Below, in pieces: positions 33,506 to 46,553 of a stretch of DNA of 64,000 bases; the stretch's first letter is position 1; every line of letters begins with the position of its first letter. A program made the position numbers and the translations under genes. Under the pieces are notes generated by a model, which saw nothing but the letters and a program-made list of their open reading frames with translations, made no database searches and was not told the DNA's origin. This DNA is from Octopus vulgaris. Lineage: Eukaryota. The stretch lies in the NCBI GenBank assembly GCA_951406725.2, contig OX597821.1, forward strand, positions 7,006,001 to 7,070,000. Direction: 5' to 3'.

Positions 33506-34629
33506 ATTCTGGAGCTTATGTATATTGAGTTCTAACACCAGTTCTTAGTATCACTATGCTAATGCGAAATCACAAAATACACGCACGCGCATCACACACG
33601 CACACACACACAATCACACACACACACGCGCATACACGTACGTACATACATACATACATACATACATACATACATACATACATACATACATACATACATA
33701 CATGCATACATACACACATACATACATACATACATACATACATACATACATACATACATACATACATACAAAAGAAATATAAAGGCATGAAGTTGAAAAT
33801 GCACTTGAAGTATTTAAGAATATTTATTTTCATTAGTTAACTAGTTTAACAATTTACGGATTTTCAAAAGTAATGTGAGATGAAAGAGGCATAGCTCCAT
33901 GACCCTAACTCTCGCCACTTTAGAACAGCTTAAATTTGTGAAATACTTAGTTAAAGAAATTTTGTTAAAACCTGAGTGTATTTTCAACTTCATTTTTTTT
34001 TTCTTGCTGTGAGTGTATAATAGCGCGAGAGAGTCTGTATGAACACCTAACGTTTTTATAATTTGTTTTTATGATGTCTTTTCATCTGTCGCCCATGCTG
34101 TACATATGGAAATCATTACAGTTACTTGGTTCTCGAGAGTTTTATACAAATTTCTTTATCGTCAGGCACACCTTTGTATTTTCGGTGTGTTACGTGTGCA
34201 GGATTATCTTTTCAGAATGTAGAATTCTGTTGGTTTGCGACATCAGTTCTGTATTGTGAAAATGTTGTCGTTGTTCCCGATGTTTGATGTTGAACGTTGC
34301 ATGTGTAACGTTTGTAGAATTGTATCAACCGCAGTATAGTTTGTTTTACTACAATATCCACGATTAAATGAGGATAAATATTATCTCTGCGTATTAATAC
34401 TGCCCCACTTGCTAATATATATATATATTTTAACTAGCACATCGGCTAATAGCGACACCTGTGCCTATGCTGGCACTGTTTTTCTATATGTCGCTGGCAG
34501 AGAGATGAGTCGATGATATTTCTAGCGATCGAGTGTCCATTATTAACAATAAAAGGGTATTCGAGAAACATTTTCTACTCTTATCGGTCTTGATATTAGA
34601 ACCATAGTAGTAAACGCTACGAGGATGCT

Positions 34630-36130
34630 CTTATATTGCATGACTCTTAGTGAACTGAGAGAAGATAGAAGCGATGCTCAACGTCTGCATGGCCTCTATT
34701 ACACAGCTAAGGTAGCCAATCTTGCAGAACTATTCTGTCAAGACACCCCCACAAAGTGTACCGCATCCCATTGCTCCAGACGGCTATGAGATAGACGTTA
34801 AGTATTCTCATATAACATGAACGATTATACCATGGAGAGATTTAGAAAGGATGTAACAAGAATATGCAAAGATATTAATTTAAATATGACTATATACGCT
34901 AATTTAACAATAGCAAAGGCTTTAGATATAACACTAGATTTAATCAGAAATATTAAATTTCTAAATCTCTCATAGGTGGTGGGGCGATAGAATGGTTATA
35001 TACTGTCAATCTAACGTGAACGTGACAGTAGGAGGTTACACCATCGCTGGTTAGCCCAAGGAAGCATCGACGCCTCCTGATGGCTTAGGAGGCGTCGATG
35101 CTTCCTAGTGCTAAACAGCGGTGGTGTAACCCCCTACTGTCACGTCCACGTTAGATTGACAGTATATAACCATACTAGATTTAATCTTAAGGAAATAATC
35201 CGCAACGGAAATCCAAATGACAAATTCTAAGAACATCCAGCAATGAACATTTTAAACAGTGCTTTCGCCTCTTACAACAACACTCTAGCAAGAAATAGCT
35301 TTAGTGAAAAACTTGTATGTAAGAAACATCAGCCACACAATAGAAGAACCAGAAAGAGAAAAGAAATTTGGCATAATCCACCTTATGGCATGAATGTAGC
35401 CATCAATGTAGTCAAGAGTTGTAAGGCAAAATTTCCCGCCTGCAATAAACTCTTCAACACCAAAGTCAGATTTTCTTAGCATACACCTAGAGAACTTCTA
35501 ACATGACAGCCAATTTGAACAGTACAAATAGCTCAACCTACCAAACTGGTGAATCGTGTTTCTTGAAACTGGTAAGATACAGATCAACTGTAACAGTCTT
35601 TGTTGGTAATGGGAGAAATTATACGAGACTTACCACAAACATTTTTCATTGTCGATACCAATCAATCGAAAGACAAAGAAGACTCTACTCCTTTGTCGCG
35701 ATACAGTTTTCTTCAGCGAGCATATAGAAACATGTGGTCAGAAAATCCTTCTAATTTTTACTTTCCACAAACTACATGACACAAGTGAGGTTGGAAGAAA
35801 GATAAAAGAGAAGCGTTTTATTAAAATGTTCAAACTTGTTCTGAACGGAAATAACAGCAATAATATAACAACCGGTTAATGATGTGGATTAAAAAATATC
35901 TTTAACATATGAGTAAAAACAAATTACAGAAGACTCCTACCAACTGAAATAAAAACGATTGAAACCAACTAAGTTTTCACACTCATAAACCCATAATATA
36001 TAAACTGCAAGTTCATTGGTTAAAATAAAGGCGGAATCTATGCCAGTAATATTGGCATGCCCAGCAAACCGAGACGTTTAAGCTCATGTGGACTGGTCAA
36101 AACCATATTCGAAAAATTCATCTCGTTGGC
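34630..36130 (+). mobile_element. Decayed Penelope-like element (RT thumb/linker + GIY-YIG relic)
   Basis: MERFRKDVTRICKDINLNMTIYANLTIAKALDITLDL, RKRKEIWHNPPYGMNV and CFLKLVRYRSTVTV..YTRLTTNIF resemble Penelope-like proteins. Confidence 0.6.
34992..35173. repeat. Near-perfect palindrome, arms of about 88 bp
   Basis: ATGGTTATATACTGTCAATCTAACGTG..CGCCTCCT / AGGAGGCG..CACGTTAGATTGACAGTATATAACCAT. Confidence 0.95.
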
Positions 36131-36482
36131 GTCTTCTAAGAGGTATAAAGAAGAAGAAGTCAGTCATTTTACTACAGCTGTCAAGAACTCAACTGTCAGT
36201 TAAATACATTTTGAAATCTAATGATTACTACGAATGTATGAAAGCGCTAATTGAACTTTATGAACATTACAAACTATTTTTTAATGTTTTACACACTTTA
36301 ATATAGTAAAACAAATTTTAAATACAATAATATAAATCGTGAAAATCAGACCATGTTTTAACTTTATGCAAATGATATTTTTTCTATACATATTAACAAA
36401 AATTCGGGAAAAATACACACACACACACATACACATATATATATACATATATATATATAGATAGATAGACAGACAGACAGAC

Positions 36483-36571
<89 letters not shown>

Positions 36572-37446
36572 TATTATTGAGAGTTCTTTTATATGTTTAT
36601 CGGGGTGTACTACTTCATCAGGTGACTTAGGTTCACTAATATTATCTACGTTATCCATTTCAAGATAAAGTTTGGCATTATTACTATTGATGCTGTCGTT
36701 TTTATTGTGCTTAATTTCATATTTATATCCAGCCTTCTTAAGTGCTACGTTATAGTAGTATTTATGTTTGTTAAATATTTCTTCATTAGATAATAATGGA
36801 TTAATTCTTCTCTCTATGTTAGTGGTCAGGTTTTCTATAATGTTATCGTTTTTACATCTTTACAGTCACAGCAAGTATTTACTATCTAAATTGTAATATT
36901 AACAACTATTTTTTCTGCTTTTACTTATTTTTCTACCTTATATTTAATGCATACAAAACGAATATTAGTTCTTATGCAAACTCAAGTCCATTTTACGAAT
37001 CTTCTCTCTTTAAATCCTTTTTTACCTCTATAACATTTGTTTACATTAACAATTTAGTAGCCCTTTATACACTATCTCCTCTAGATTAACTTCAATCTCA
37101 TGTATAAATTTTTTTTTGAATATACACCACACTTATTTTTTCTGACTGTCAGATCTTATTTTAATTCAAATATAGTCATGCCTTTCCATTGGAGATTTCT
37201 ATGCAATCTTTACCCTACACGACTTATTTGGAGTTAGAATTTCTAATCTCCTTACTCATCTATAGCGGGAACGTCTCTAAAACCTCTGTCACTTATATTT
37301 TCAAACAACCGTTACAGTCTTTAGTTTTAGTTAATACCTAACTGAACTCACATCATTTTTTCTCATAAGGATAAGTATGAACCCCCTAGATCCTATTCTG
37401 CTATTTCCTTTCTCAGGTGCTTTGTAAAAATTTTATTTATACTCCT

Positions 37447-37559
37447 TGCACTGAAGAGTACATTGATATATAATTAATTTGATTTAATTCATTTAATCCT
37501 TTCTATTCAACCATGATTTTGCATGATTTTTATATCGCTGTACGAAACGATCGTCTGCA
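37447..37559 (+). ncRNA. Type I hammerhead ribozyme with extended AU-rich helix/loop II
   Basis: TGCA-CTGAAGA-GTACA..(76 nt)..TGTAC-GAAA-CGATCG-TC-TGCA. Canonical core, GUC site, palindromic helix III ACGATCGT. Confidence 0.8.
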
Positions 37560-37723
37560 TGAATTAACATTCTCTTATATATTTTAACAAAATTGTTGAG
37601 ATTTATAGGATTCCTTTCCATAAATTCACAACACGCCACACACACACACACACATACACACACATATATATATATATAATGTATATATCTCTCTATACAA
37701 TATGTTACATTACTCGGTAGTCA

Positions 37724-37786
37724 AGATAAAACTCTGAGTTTCAGATGCCGAAGTGGAAATCCACAACACCATCTCTTCGGTTATCT
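37724..37786 (-). ncRNA. Hammerhead motif with core variant CCGAAGA
   Basis: AGATAA-CCGAAGA-GATG..GTGG(ATTT)CCAC..CATCT-GAAA-CTCAGAG-TT-TTATCT. Confidence 0.65.
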
Positions 37787-38589
37787 GGCTATTTGAAAAC
37801 GTTATGAAAAAATACCGTTAAATAAAGGGAAATTACTCTGTTATAACTCTGCTTGCCTGCGTACTTATACATCGCTCGCATTTTTCGTCATAAAAATTAT
37901 ATAAAAATACATAAAAAATATATAAAAAATATATAAAAATATATAAATTCTTCTTGGGACATAACATAGAAAGCATGTTCTATCCGTTTTCTTTAGGGGA
38001 CCAAAAACGTAACAGAAACTTAGTCACATGTGGGCATGATCTGAAAAGCTCTGTCCTTGTATTTAGACATGTAGTAGGGTCTAATATGAATATGTACATG
38101 TATACACATATTTCTACATATATATCTACACATATTTACACATATATATACAAATATATAAGTGTGTGTGTATGCGTGCGTGCGTATGTGTTTATATGTA
38201 ATTGCATATATAGATGTGTGCGCGTGCGTGTCTGTTTTCCATCTTTTCTTCATTGTTCTGTGTAATTGCATGTATAGATTTTTTCTTGAATTTATCTTAT
38301 GTGAAAAATGAAGATCTTGAGCAACTAATGAAATTTGACTACATTGGACAGAGAACAGAATGTCCTATGTCGGTGAATTAGAGGAAGAGAGTAGAAATCT
38401 ATGGCAAGGTTTCATAGGTACTAGAATTCAGGCAAAGTAGTACTTGAAATTCTATGTCGCAAATGAAATTATTTCAAACAATCTTCTTGAAACGGAATAG
38501 AAGATTCAAGCCTCTTCAGATCATTCTAGAACAAATAATAGAAAGTAAAATGGAAAACAGAAAATATTAATAAAACCTAGGTAAGACTC

Positions 38590-39840
38590 TGAGCGGGTTG
38601 TGACAAATCGGTAGAGTATCGGAACGCAATGTGTTGTTGTATTTGGTTACCGCTGGTACTTTTGTTTTGAGTTCGAATCTCACTAATGTCACGTTTGCTT
38701 TTTATTCTCTCAGGGACGATAAATTTTAAGTACTAGTGAAGTAGTAGTTTTTAATGGAATCTATGGCAACCACCAAAATTTGTTGGTGTTTTTCGCCGTC
38801 TTTGAAAATAAATTTTATTAGATTAAAGGCTGAAATTGTAAAGCGGTATACTAGAAACTGCTTTACACTATGGAGTATATAAAATAGAGTAACAGTCAAG
38901 CGTCAATGTAGTCGACTAACTCCTTTTTATATCTGTGGCGTGTGGTTACATTACAAATTATTATGGGTGGCAGACAAAATGCATTGAGATAGTTCTATTG
39001 TTTTGGAGCGGGGGTTGCGTTCTGAGTTCAAATTCCGCTACGGTCAACTTTGCCTTTCATCCTTTTGTTTTGGTGTCAATCAAATAAGACCCAGTTGAGA
39101 ACTAGGACCGATGTTATCGACTACCTCCTTCCCTTAGAATTTCAGGCCTTGTGCTTATAATAGAAAGGTTTATTATTAAAATGGAAGGGAGCTGCCAAAT
39201 CCTTAGTGCACTGGACAAAATGTTTAACAGCATTTCTTCTGGTTTTGTGTTCTGAGTTCCCATTCTGCCGAGTTCGACTTTGCTTTCAATCCTTGGGGGG
39301 CGGGGTGTCAATAAAATAACTACAAGCTGAGCAGAACAATAGGGTCGATGTAATCAACTCACCTTTACTCTTAAAATTACTGGCATTGTGTCTTAATTAG
39401 AAATTTCAATTAAGTGGTCTATGGATGGCAGAATCTCTTGTACATCGAATGAGAGATTATGGTATTTAATTATATTCTCTTATATTGAGGAATTAAATCA
39501 TGCCACGGTAAGCTTTATCTTTTGCATGTTTCAGTCAGACTGCGACCATGCTGGAGCATCTCTTTAAAAGGTTTAGTCGAAGAAATCGACTCCAGTACTT
39601 ATTTTTCAGCCTGATGTTTATTTTATCGGTAAATTTTATTGAACCACTGGAATACGGAGGACGTAACAAACTCAAACATCAAAAAACACAAACACATACA
39701 CATATATATGAATGCATATTTTATATACACACCACAGGATTCCTCATAGTTTTCGTCCACCAAATTCATTCACAAGGTGCCATGTTGTAAGACTGAACCT
39801 GAAACCAAATGGTAACAAAAAAAGGTTCTTAACCGTACAG
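38590..39840. mobile_element. Cluster of old, degraded SINE family A/B copies
   Basis: Degenerate family motifs, e.g. TTCTGAGTTCAAATTCCGC..CTTTGCCTTTCATCC at about 39020. Confidence 0.55.
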
Positions 39841-40231
39841 CCGTGAAATATGTTGCAGGAAAGTTCTAAAAGACATTTGATTTAAATTAGCTGTACCCTT
39901 CTCCCTTATTGCTGCAAGAATATTGTGGAAGTCTCCTTAATATAGGAATCAATATACAGGATAAAGTAAACAATCGAAACTCTAAATGATGAATAACGAA
40001 CACACAGAAACGTTAAACTTTTATTTCAGGTTGTCTCTCAAGTAGATCTGAACTTTTCTGTTAGTTGTTGTAACAGAAGGTTTATTTGGAGATAGGCTTT
40101 GGACTTTCTTAATAAATAAACACAGAAATAACGGTGCAGTTCAAGTGTCTGTTTTACAAATCACTTGGTTCTGAGTTCGATCTCAACGTGAAGCCCATTG
40201 AACAAGTTTGTTATATATGTGTGTGTGAATT

Positions 40232-40299
<68 letters not shown>

Positions 40300-40393
40300 T
40301 ACATACATACATACAAATATATACATATATACATATACATACATATATATATATACATACATATATATACATAATACATATATACATATATAT

Positions 40394-40701
40394 ATCACGG
40401 GATCACGGGACCGACCAGACCATCAGATGTTGTTACACATCGCTGGTCACAATGCGTTCGCATTGTTTTAGCCTTCTAATGACGCCACCCCGCTGGCTAA
40501 GCGAGCAGGCCAACAGACGAAAGAGTGGGAGAAAGAGTGGTGAAAGAGTACAGCAGGGATCACCCCCCCCCCCTGTCAGAGCGTCGCGGAGCTTTCAGGT
40601 GTTTTCGCTCAATAAACACACACAACGCCCGGTCTGGAAATCGAAACCGCGATCCTGCGACCGCGAGTCCGCTGCCCTAACCACTAGGCCATTGCGCCTC
40701 C
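40394..40701 (-). mobile_element. tRNA-derived SINE family C
   Basis: Head GGAGGCGCAATGGCCTAGTGGTTAGGGCAGCGGACTCGC..GGTTTCGATTTCC with A/B-box-like motifs. Confidence 0.85.
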
Positions 40702-40712
40702 ACACACACACA

Positions 40713-40856
<144 letters not shown>

Positions 40857-40945
40857 TACTTATATATATACATATATGAGACGGGTTTCTTTCAAGGTGC
40901 CACGCAGTGAGACTGAACCCGTAACCATGTGGTTGAGAAGCAAAC

Positions 40946-41010
<65 letters not shown>

Positions 41011-41399
41011 ATGTATGTATCCGACGGACTTCTTTTAGTGTCCGTCTACCAAATCCACTCACAAGGCTTCGGTCGGCCCAAGGTTTCGGGATAAAGTTGA
41101 AAATGTTTAGTTCCCCCTATTTTCAAGAACAATTGATGTATTGCTGCATAGTCGACGACGTTGGAGAGCATAACGATGTAGTTGAGAAAACGATAACTGA
41201 AATGGAGGATTAGAGTCGTCTGAATATTGGGAAAGAGTTACCTGTGTGTGATAATGATTATTCTCGCCGGGTACCGAAACACCGACTTCGTGGCTGCTGC
41301 TCATTGCTCTATGAACATTGTAAAGCCTGTAAGACGTGAGATAGAAAGTTGCATCGGAGACTACGGAACTTTGGTCAACAAAAAGAGACATTACATATA

Positions 41400-41591
41400 G
41401 GCGCAGGAGTGGCTGTGTGGTAAGTAGCTTGCTTACAAACCACATGGTTCCGGGTTCAGTCCTACTGCGTGGCACCTTGGGCAAGTGTCTTCTACTATAG
41501 CCTCGGGCCGACCAAAGCCTTGTGAGTCGATTTGGTAGTCGGAAACTGAGAGAAGCCCGTCGTATATATGTATATATATATGTGTGTGTGT

Positions 41592-41632
<41 letters not shown>

Positions 41633-41800
41633 TGTGTGTCTGTGTTTGTCCTCCCAACATCGCTTGACAACCGATGCTGGTGTGTTTACGTCCCCGTAAC
41701 TTAGCGGTTCGGTAAAAGTCCTGGGGTCGATTTGCTCGACTAAAGGCGGTGCTCCAGCATGGCCGCAGTCAAATGACTGAAACAAGTAATAGAGTAAAAG
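41400..41800 (+). mobile_element. SINE family B, full length
   Basis: tRNA-like head, CORE-like segment, internal (GT)n, 3' end AATGACTGAAACAAGTAA. Confidence 0.88.
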
Positions 41801-41879
41801 AGAGAGAGAGAATATAACAAGCATTGTGACTGCGTCCTTACGCCGCAATCTCTACATCTTCGAGCAGGGTTTTAGGGTC

Positions 41880-42258
41880 AATTCAGTCGGCCATGTAAAG
41901 CTGCAGGAGACTATGGTCGATCCCTAGCTGGAGAGAGTTGCTGCTAGAAGGTCATATATATATGGTAGCAGTTATCGCTTTCTTGCACTACCTCCAGAAA
42001 GAATCAAAAGAGACTGTCGGGGAATTTCTTCGACTTCACCAACCCTAGTTTTTAGCATCTTAATTCCATAGATTACTACGTGTGAGGCGCGGTTGAGACA
42101 GACACCAACCGCTCCGCCTACAACACTGAAGCCGAGCTGGTATCCAAGATCAAGGGGGTGTTCGAAGATCTTCCCTGGAACGCAATGAGAAAAACACGTG
42201 CCAGGTTCCGGAGCAGTCTTGAGGGCGTGGTGAAAGCCGAGGGCAACTACTTTGAGTA
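41880..42258 (+). mobile_element. Tc1/mariner transposase C-terminal relic
   Basis: YIW*Q..HLNSIDYYV*GAVE..RARFRSSLEGVVKAEGNYFE*. Confidence 0.75.
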
Positions 42259-43038
42259 AACAGTAACCTCGCAGTCATAGTCTAATCCCTATTACATTTT
42301 TTTTCTTTGGAATTTTAAAAATTCTTTCATTTTTGGAGATTTTGTTTTATTTTCTTCCTTTTATACAAACAACTAAATTTGGTCCTGTATATGCAGCTAT
42401 TAATGATAAGTGTTGATAGGGACTTCAAGTTTCGCCCCCAAAGTCCTGTCCAACCAGCTTAAACAAGCTGCCAGATACAGGGGAAATACAACCCTAAACA
42501 CAATGGAAAAGTAGATTAAACACAGTCTAAACACATTGTACGTTAGATCGATTTTTATAGTTTAGAATTTCTGAATTGACATCGGTTTATTGATTAATTC
42601 TATCCCCACCCCACCCCACCGCCGCCGCCGCCTCCGTTGAAATGAAGTGTATTGATTTTTGTTTTGTTTTTACTTTTGAATAGAATATGGTGTTGTTAGT
42701 AGTGGTGGTGGTGGTGGTGGCGGCGGCGGCAGTGGTGATAGCGAAGGCGGCGGTGGCGGTGGTGGCAGTGGTGGTGGTGGTGGTGGTGGTGGCGGTGGTG
42801 GTGGTTGCGGCGGTGGTGGTGGTGGTGGTTGCGGCGGTGGTGGTGGTGATAGCGAAGGCGGCGGTGGCGGTGGTGGCAGTGATGGTGGTGGTGGTGGTGG
42901 TGGTGGTGGTGGTGGTGGTGGTGGTGATTTGTTGATTTGTTGACGTTCCTAAGGTAGTAGTAGTAGTTGTTGTAGTAGTTTTGCTGTTGTTACTATTGAT
43001 TGCATTTAAGAGGTTGGTTATGCTAGTCAGTATACTTA

Positions 43039-43094
<56 letters not shown>

Positions 43095-43678
43095 ATGTAT
43101 GTATATACATAAACATACATGTATGCATACATATATACTTATATACAAATATATATATACGTGTATACAAATATATATTTTATATATATATATATATTCA
43201 CACACACACACACATACATATATATGTGAAAGTGTGATTGTGTGTATGTATGTATGTATTATACACGGCTGATGTAACAGAATTTTTACACATTTTTTAC
43301 TTTGGAAAGCAAACATACAACCACTAAGTCGAATAAACTCTAAATTTTTATTGACTTACCATCATTGCTTTGAGAATTCTCTATTGGCTTACCATAGTGT
43401 ATATATATCGCCATAGATATGTTGTATAGTAGTCTATTGCTCTACTACCATACACTTCTCGATATAGATATATAGCAGAGTAATCTATTGGCCAAATATC
43501 ATAGGTATTTCGACCCAGATGTATTGTACGGATCTTTACTGGCTTACTAACATGTGTGTGTGTGTGTGCGTGTGTGTACGTGTGTGTGTATGTGTGTGTA
43601 TGTGTGTGTGTGTGTGTGTGTTTACCTTCTTACCTTCTTTCTTGTTTCAGTCATTGAACTGCAGGTATGGGTTTAGTC

Positions 43679-44632
43679 CAGGGATGGGGATACCCCCGCG
43701 AGCCCATTTTATTCATTTCTTTATTGCCCGCAAGGGGCTAAACGTAGAGGGGACAAACAAGGACAGACAAACGGATTATGTCGATTATGTCGACCCCAGT
43801 GCGTAACTGGTACTTATTTAATCGACCCCGAAAGGATGAAAGGCAAAGTCGACCTCGGCGGAATTTGAACTCAGAACGTAGCGGCAGACGCAATACCTAT
43901 TTCTTTACTACCCACAAGGGGCTACACACAGAGAGGACAAACAAGAACAGACAAACAGACAAACGGATTAAGTCGATTACATCGACCCCAGTGCGTAACT
44001 GGTACTTAATTTATCGACCCCGAAAGGATGAAAAGCAAAGTCGACCTCGGCGGAATTTGAACTCAGAACGTAACGGCAGACGAAATACCGCAAAGCATTT
44101 CGCCTGGCGTGCTAACGTTTCTGCCAGCTCGCAGCTCTCCGCGAGCCCATTTTATTGCGCCTGCAGGCTAATATACTCGTATGTACAAAATATAGTAAAT
44201 TTTTCAATTATAAAATTTATACAAATATTCGTATACTTGTTTGCGACAATATGTCGCGTTTCCACGACGACTTAAAACGATTAGACTCGAACATAAAATC
44301 GTCTGGTAATTACCATTTGAATGGAAATTTAGTTTCCACTATGAAACACATATTACTAGGTTTGTACCACCCCCCTTGAGACCCAACTACACTCTAGCTG
44401 GAAAATATAGAATACCTCATAAGTAATATAAACATCATAAATTCAGTGGCGGCGTTAATGAAAATATTACACGTTAATTTAATGTGTTAAACTTATCGTT
44501 ATTAATGTGTCACGAATTATACAATTATATACAAGATTTACACAGATATAAGAGTTAGAACTTGTGATCCGCCCGCGGACCTTTTTCTTTGGAAATTTTT
44601 GCCCGCCGCACTGAAAAGTTTACCCAACCCTG
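43679..44632. mobile_element. hAT MITE with a perfect 8-bp TSD
   Basis: TIRs CAGGGATGGGGATAC / GTTTACCCAACCCTG. TSD GTTTAGTC at 43671-43678 and 44633-44640. Confidence 0.85.
43714..44138 (-). mobile_element. Dimeric SINE family A nested in the hAT MITE
   Basis: 18-bp TSD CCGCGAGCCCATTTTATT at 43696-43713 and 44139-44156. Confidence 0.9.
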
Positions 44633-45199
44633 GTTTAGTCGAAGGGTTTAGTCTAGCAGTTGTGAAGCGGTGAGCGGCCGGGGGCGGGACAAACACAACA
44701 TAAACAGAAAAGCACATACATACATACATACATACATACATACATACATACATACATACATACATACATACATACATACATACATACATAAATGACATAG
44801 AAATAGTTTGATGAAAATTTATTTAACAATAAGAAAATTCAAATATCATGACAAATTGTTTCGTGACTTAAAACATGTAAATAATATATATGATTGTGTT
44901 TAATAAATAAATATTGTAAAAATGAAATTTCATCAAACTATTTCTGTCTTTTATGACTTGAATACTACACTCCTTGAAGTTTTTTCTTGTATCGTTCAAT
45001 ATATCTTGTATGTTTTGTTGAATGATACATTAAGGAGATTTGTCTTATCATTATTACTTGAGTTACTTGAATCCATATATTGTGACTTAAATTTATACAT
45101 ACTCACACATGTAACATTGTCCGTTTTTTTTTCCGTCCTTGTTTTTGTATACATTCGCTGCTTTCTTCCAAGGAATCTAATGCTTTTAGCTTAGTTTGT

Positions 45200-45279
<80 letters not shown>

Positions 45280-45332
45280 GTTTATATATTTGCTGTGCAA
45301 GATTTTCTATGTGAAGTCGTGTGTTGAAACAG

Positions 45333-45566
45333 ATATTGTTATATTTTGGAATGGTCATATTGCCAGTTTAGCCAATAAAAACACACGCACTATATATTTG
45401 GTGTTACTTTGCTTCAGTGTTATTTATTTTTTACATTAATCTTAATTTGGCCGAAATAAGATTAAGATTAATGTAAAAAATAAATAACACTGGAGCAAAG
45501 TAACACCAAATATATAGTGCGTGTGTTTTTATTGGCTAAACTGGCAAAATGACCATTCCGAAATAT

Positions 45567-45574
<8 letters not shown>
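45333..45574. repeat. Long palindrome (114-bp arms, 14-bp spacer) inside (TA)n
   Basis: Arms 45333-45446 and 45461-45574, with about 3 mismatches by eye. Confidence 0.95.
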
Positions 45575-45610
<36 letters not shown>

Positions 45611-45613
<3 letters not shown>

Positions 45614-46502
45614 TAGGTACGTACATATATGTTTATATATATGCATATATTTTATTAACATATTATACGACTAAACGCACGCACCCTATTAAGTAAGATT
45701 GTTCTGTTTATCAAGTTCGCCTTGATATTAACTCTCACGCGACTCTGCATCTTTCTTTCTTTCTCTCCCATTCCCTTTTTCGTCTTTTTTCCCCTCACTT
45801 AACTTGTCTCTTCCTCTCTCTCTCCCCCTCACTGTTCTTCATGGTCTCCTCGCACCATTCCCCTTCTTCTCTCACTTCCTCTTGCTCCTCCTTCCCCATT
45901 CCCGTCGTCCATCTGCGACCATACTTCCGTCGTAACTGCTATCCTGTCCTTTCTCGCCCGCCTTCTAAGGCCTCTGGTCGACATCTTCCTCTCTCGTCGT
46001 CCACTATAATCCAGCGTTTGCAATACTTTTTTCGTCTGGCGTTAACAGCCCTTCTTATTTTGTTCTCCTTGTCCTGTCTCTCACTGTTGTATATTTATTT
46101 TTCCACTGTTTATATATATATTTTTTACTGTTTATATGTTTGTACTGTCGTTACCGTCTTGCTTTTTTTCACCCCTCTGCGAAAAGATCTCAGAATTTTA
46201 ATTGATTTGCTTTTCGCAGGAAGGAATTTTTCATTCGGAGTATACGTCTCGCTTTTATCCTTCGAAACGTTTAGTAGATGAAACTTTAGCGACTGAAGAA
46301 GGGGATTTTTCGTTGTGCTTATTGTCCTGTATCTCTCTCTTTTTTTGCCTGTCTTGTTCCTTGGTTTGTGTCTATGTTTTTCGTCTCTCTATGTGTTCGA
46401 CGTATTTTTGGTGTCCTGTACACATATATGCGTGTATATGTACATGTAGAGGTAGGTACGTACATATATGTTTATATATATGCATATATTTTATTAACAT
46501 AT
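45611..46502 (+). mobile_element. Non-coding element with a 53-bp direct terminal repeat, embedded in (TA)n (pLTR/retrozyme-like)
   Basis: AGGTAGGTACGTACATATATGTTTATATATATGCATATATTTTATTAACATAT at both 45611 and 46450. Pyrimidine-rich body with internal hairpins. Confidence 0.65.
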
Positions 46503-46553
46503 ATATATATATATATATATATACAGTTTGTTATATATATATATATAGTTTGT

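Noticed and set aside
36580-36630. CTGATGAAG on the minus strand as another hammerhead
   Set aside because: No helix II, no properly placed GAAA and no helix I partner.
41400-41470. tRNA genes at SINE heads (also 40630-40701, 51022, 54856, 28536)
   Set aside because: A/B-box-like motifs are present, but they continue into SINE bodies and lack a clean cloverleaf.
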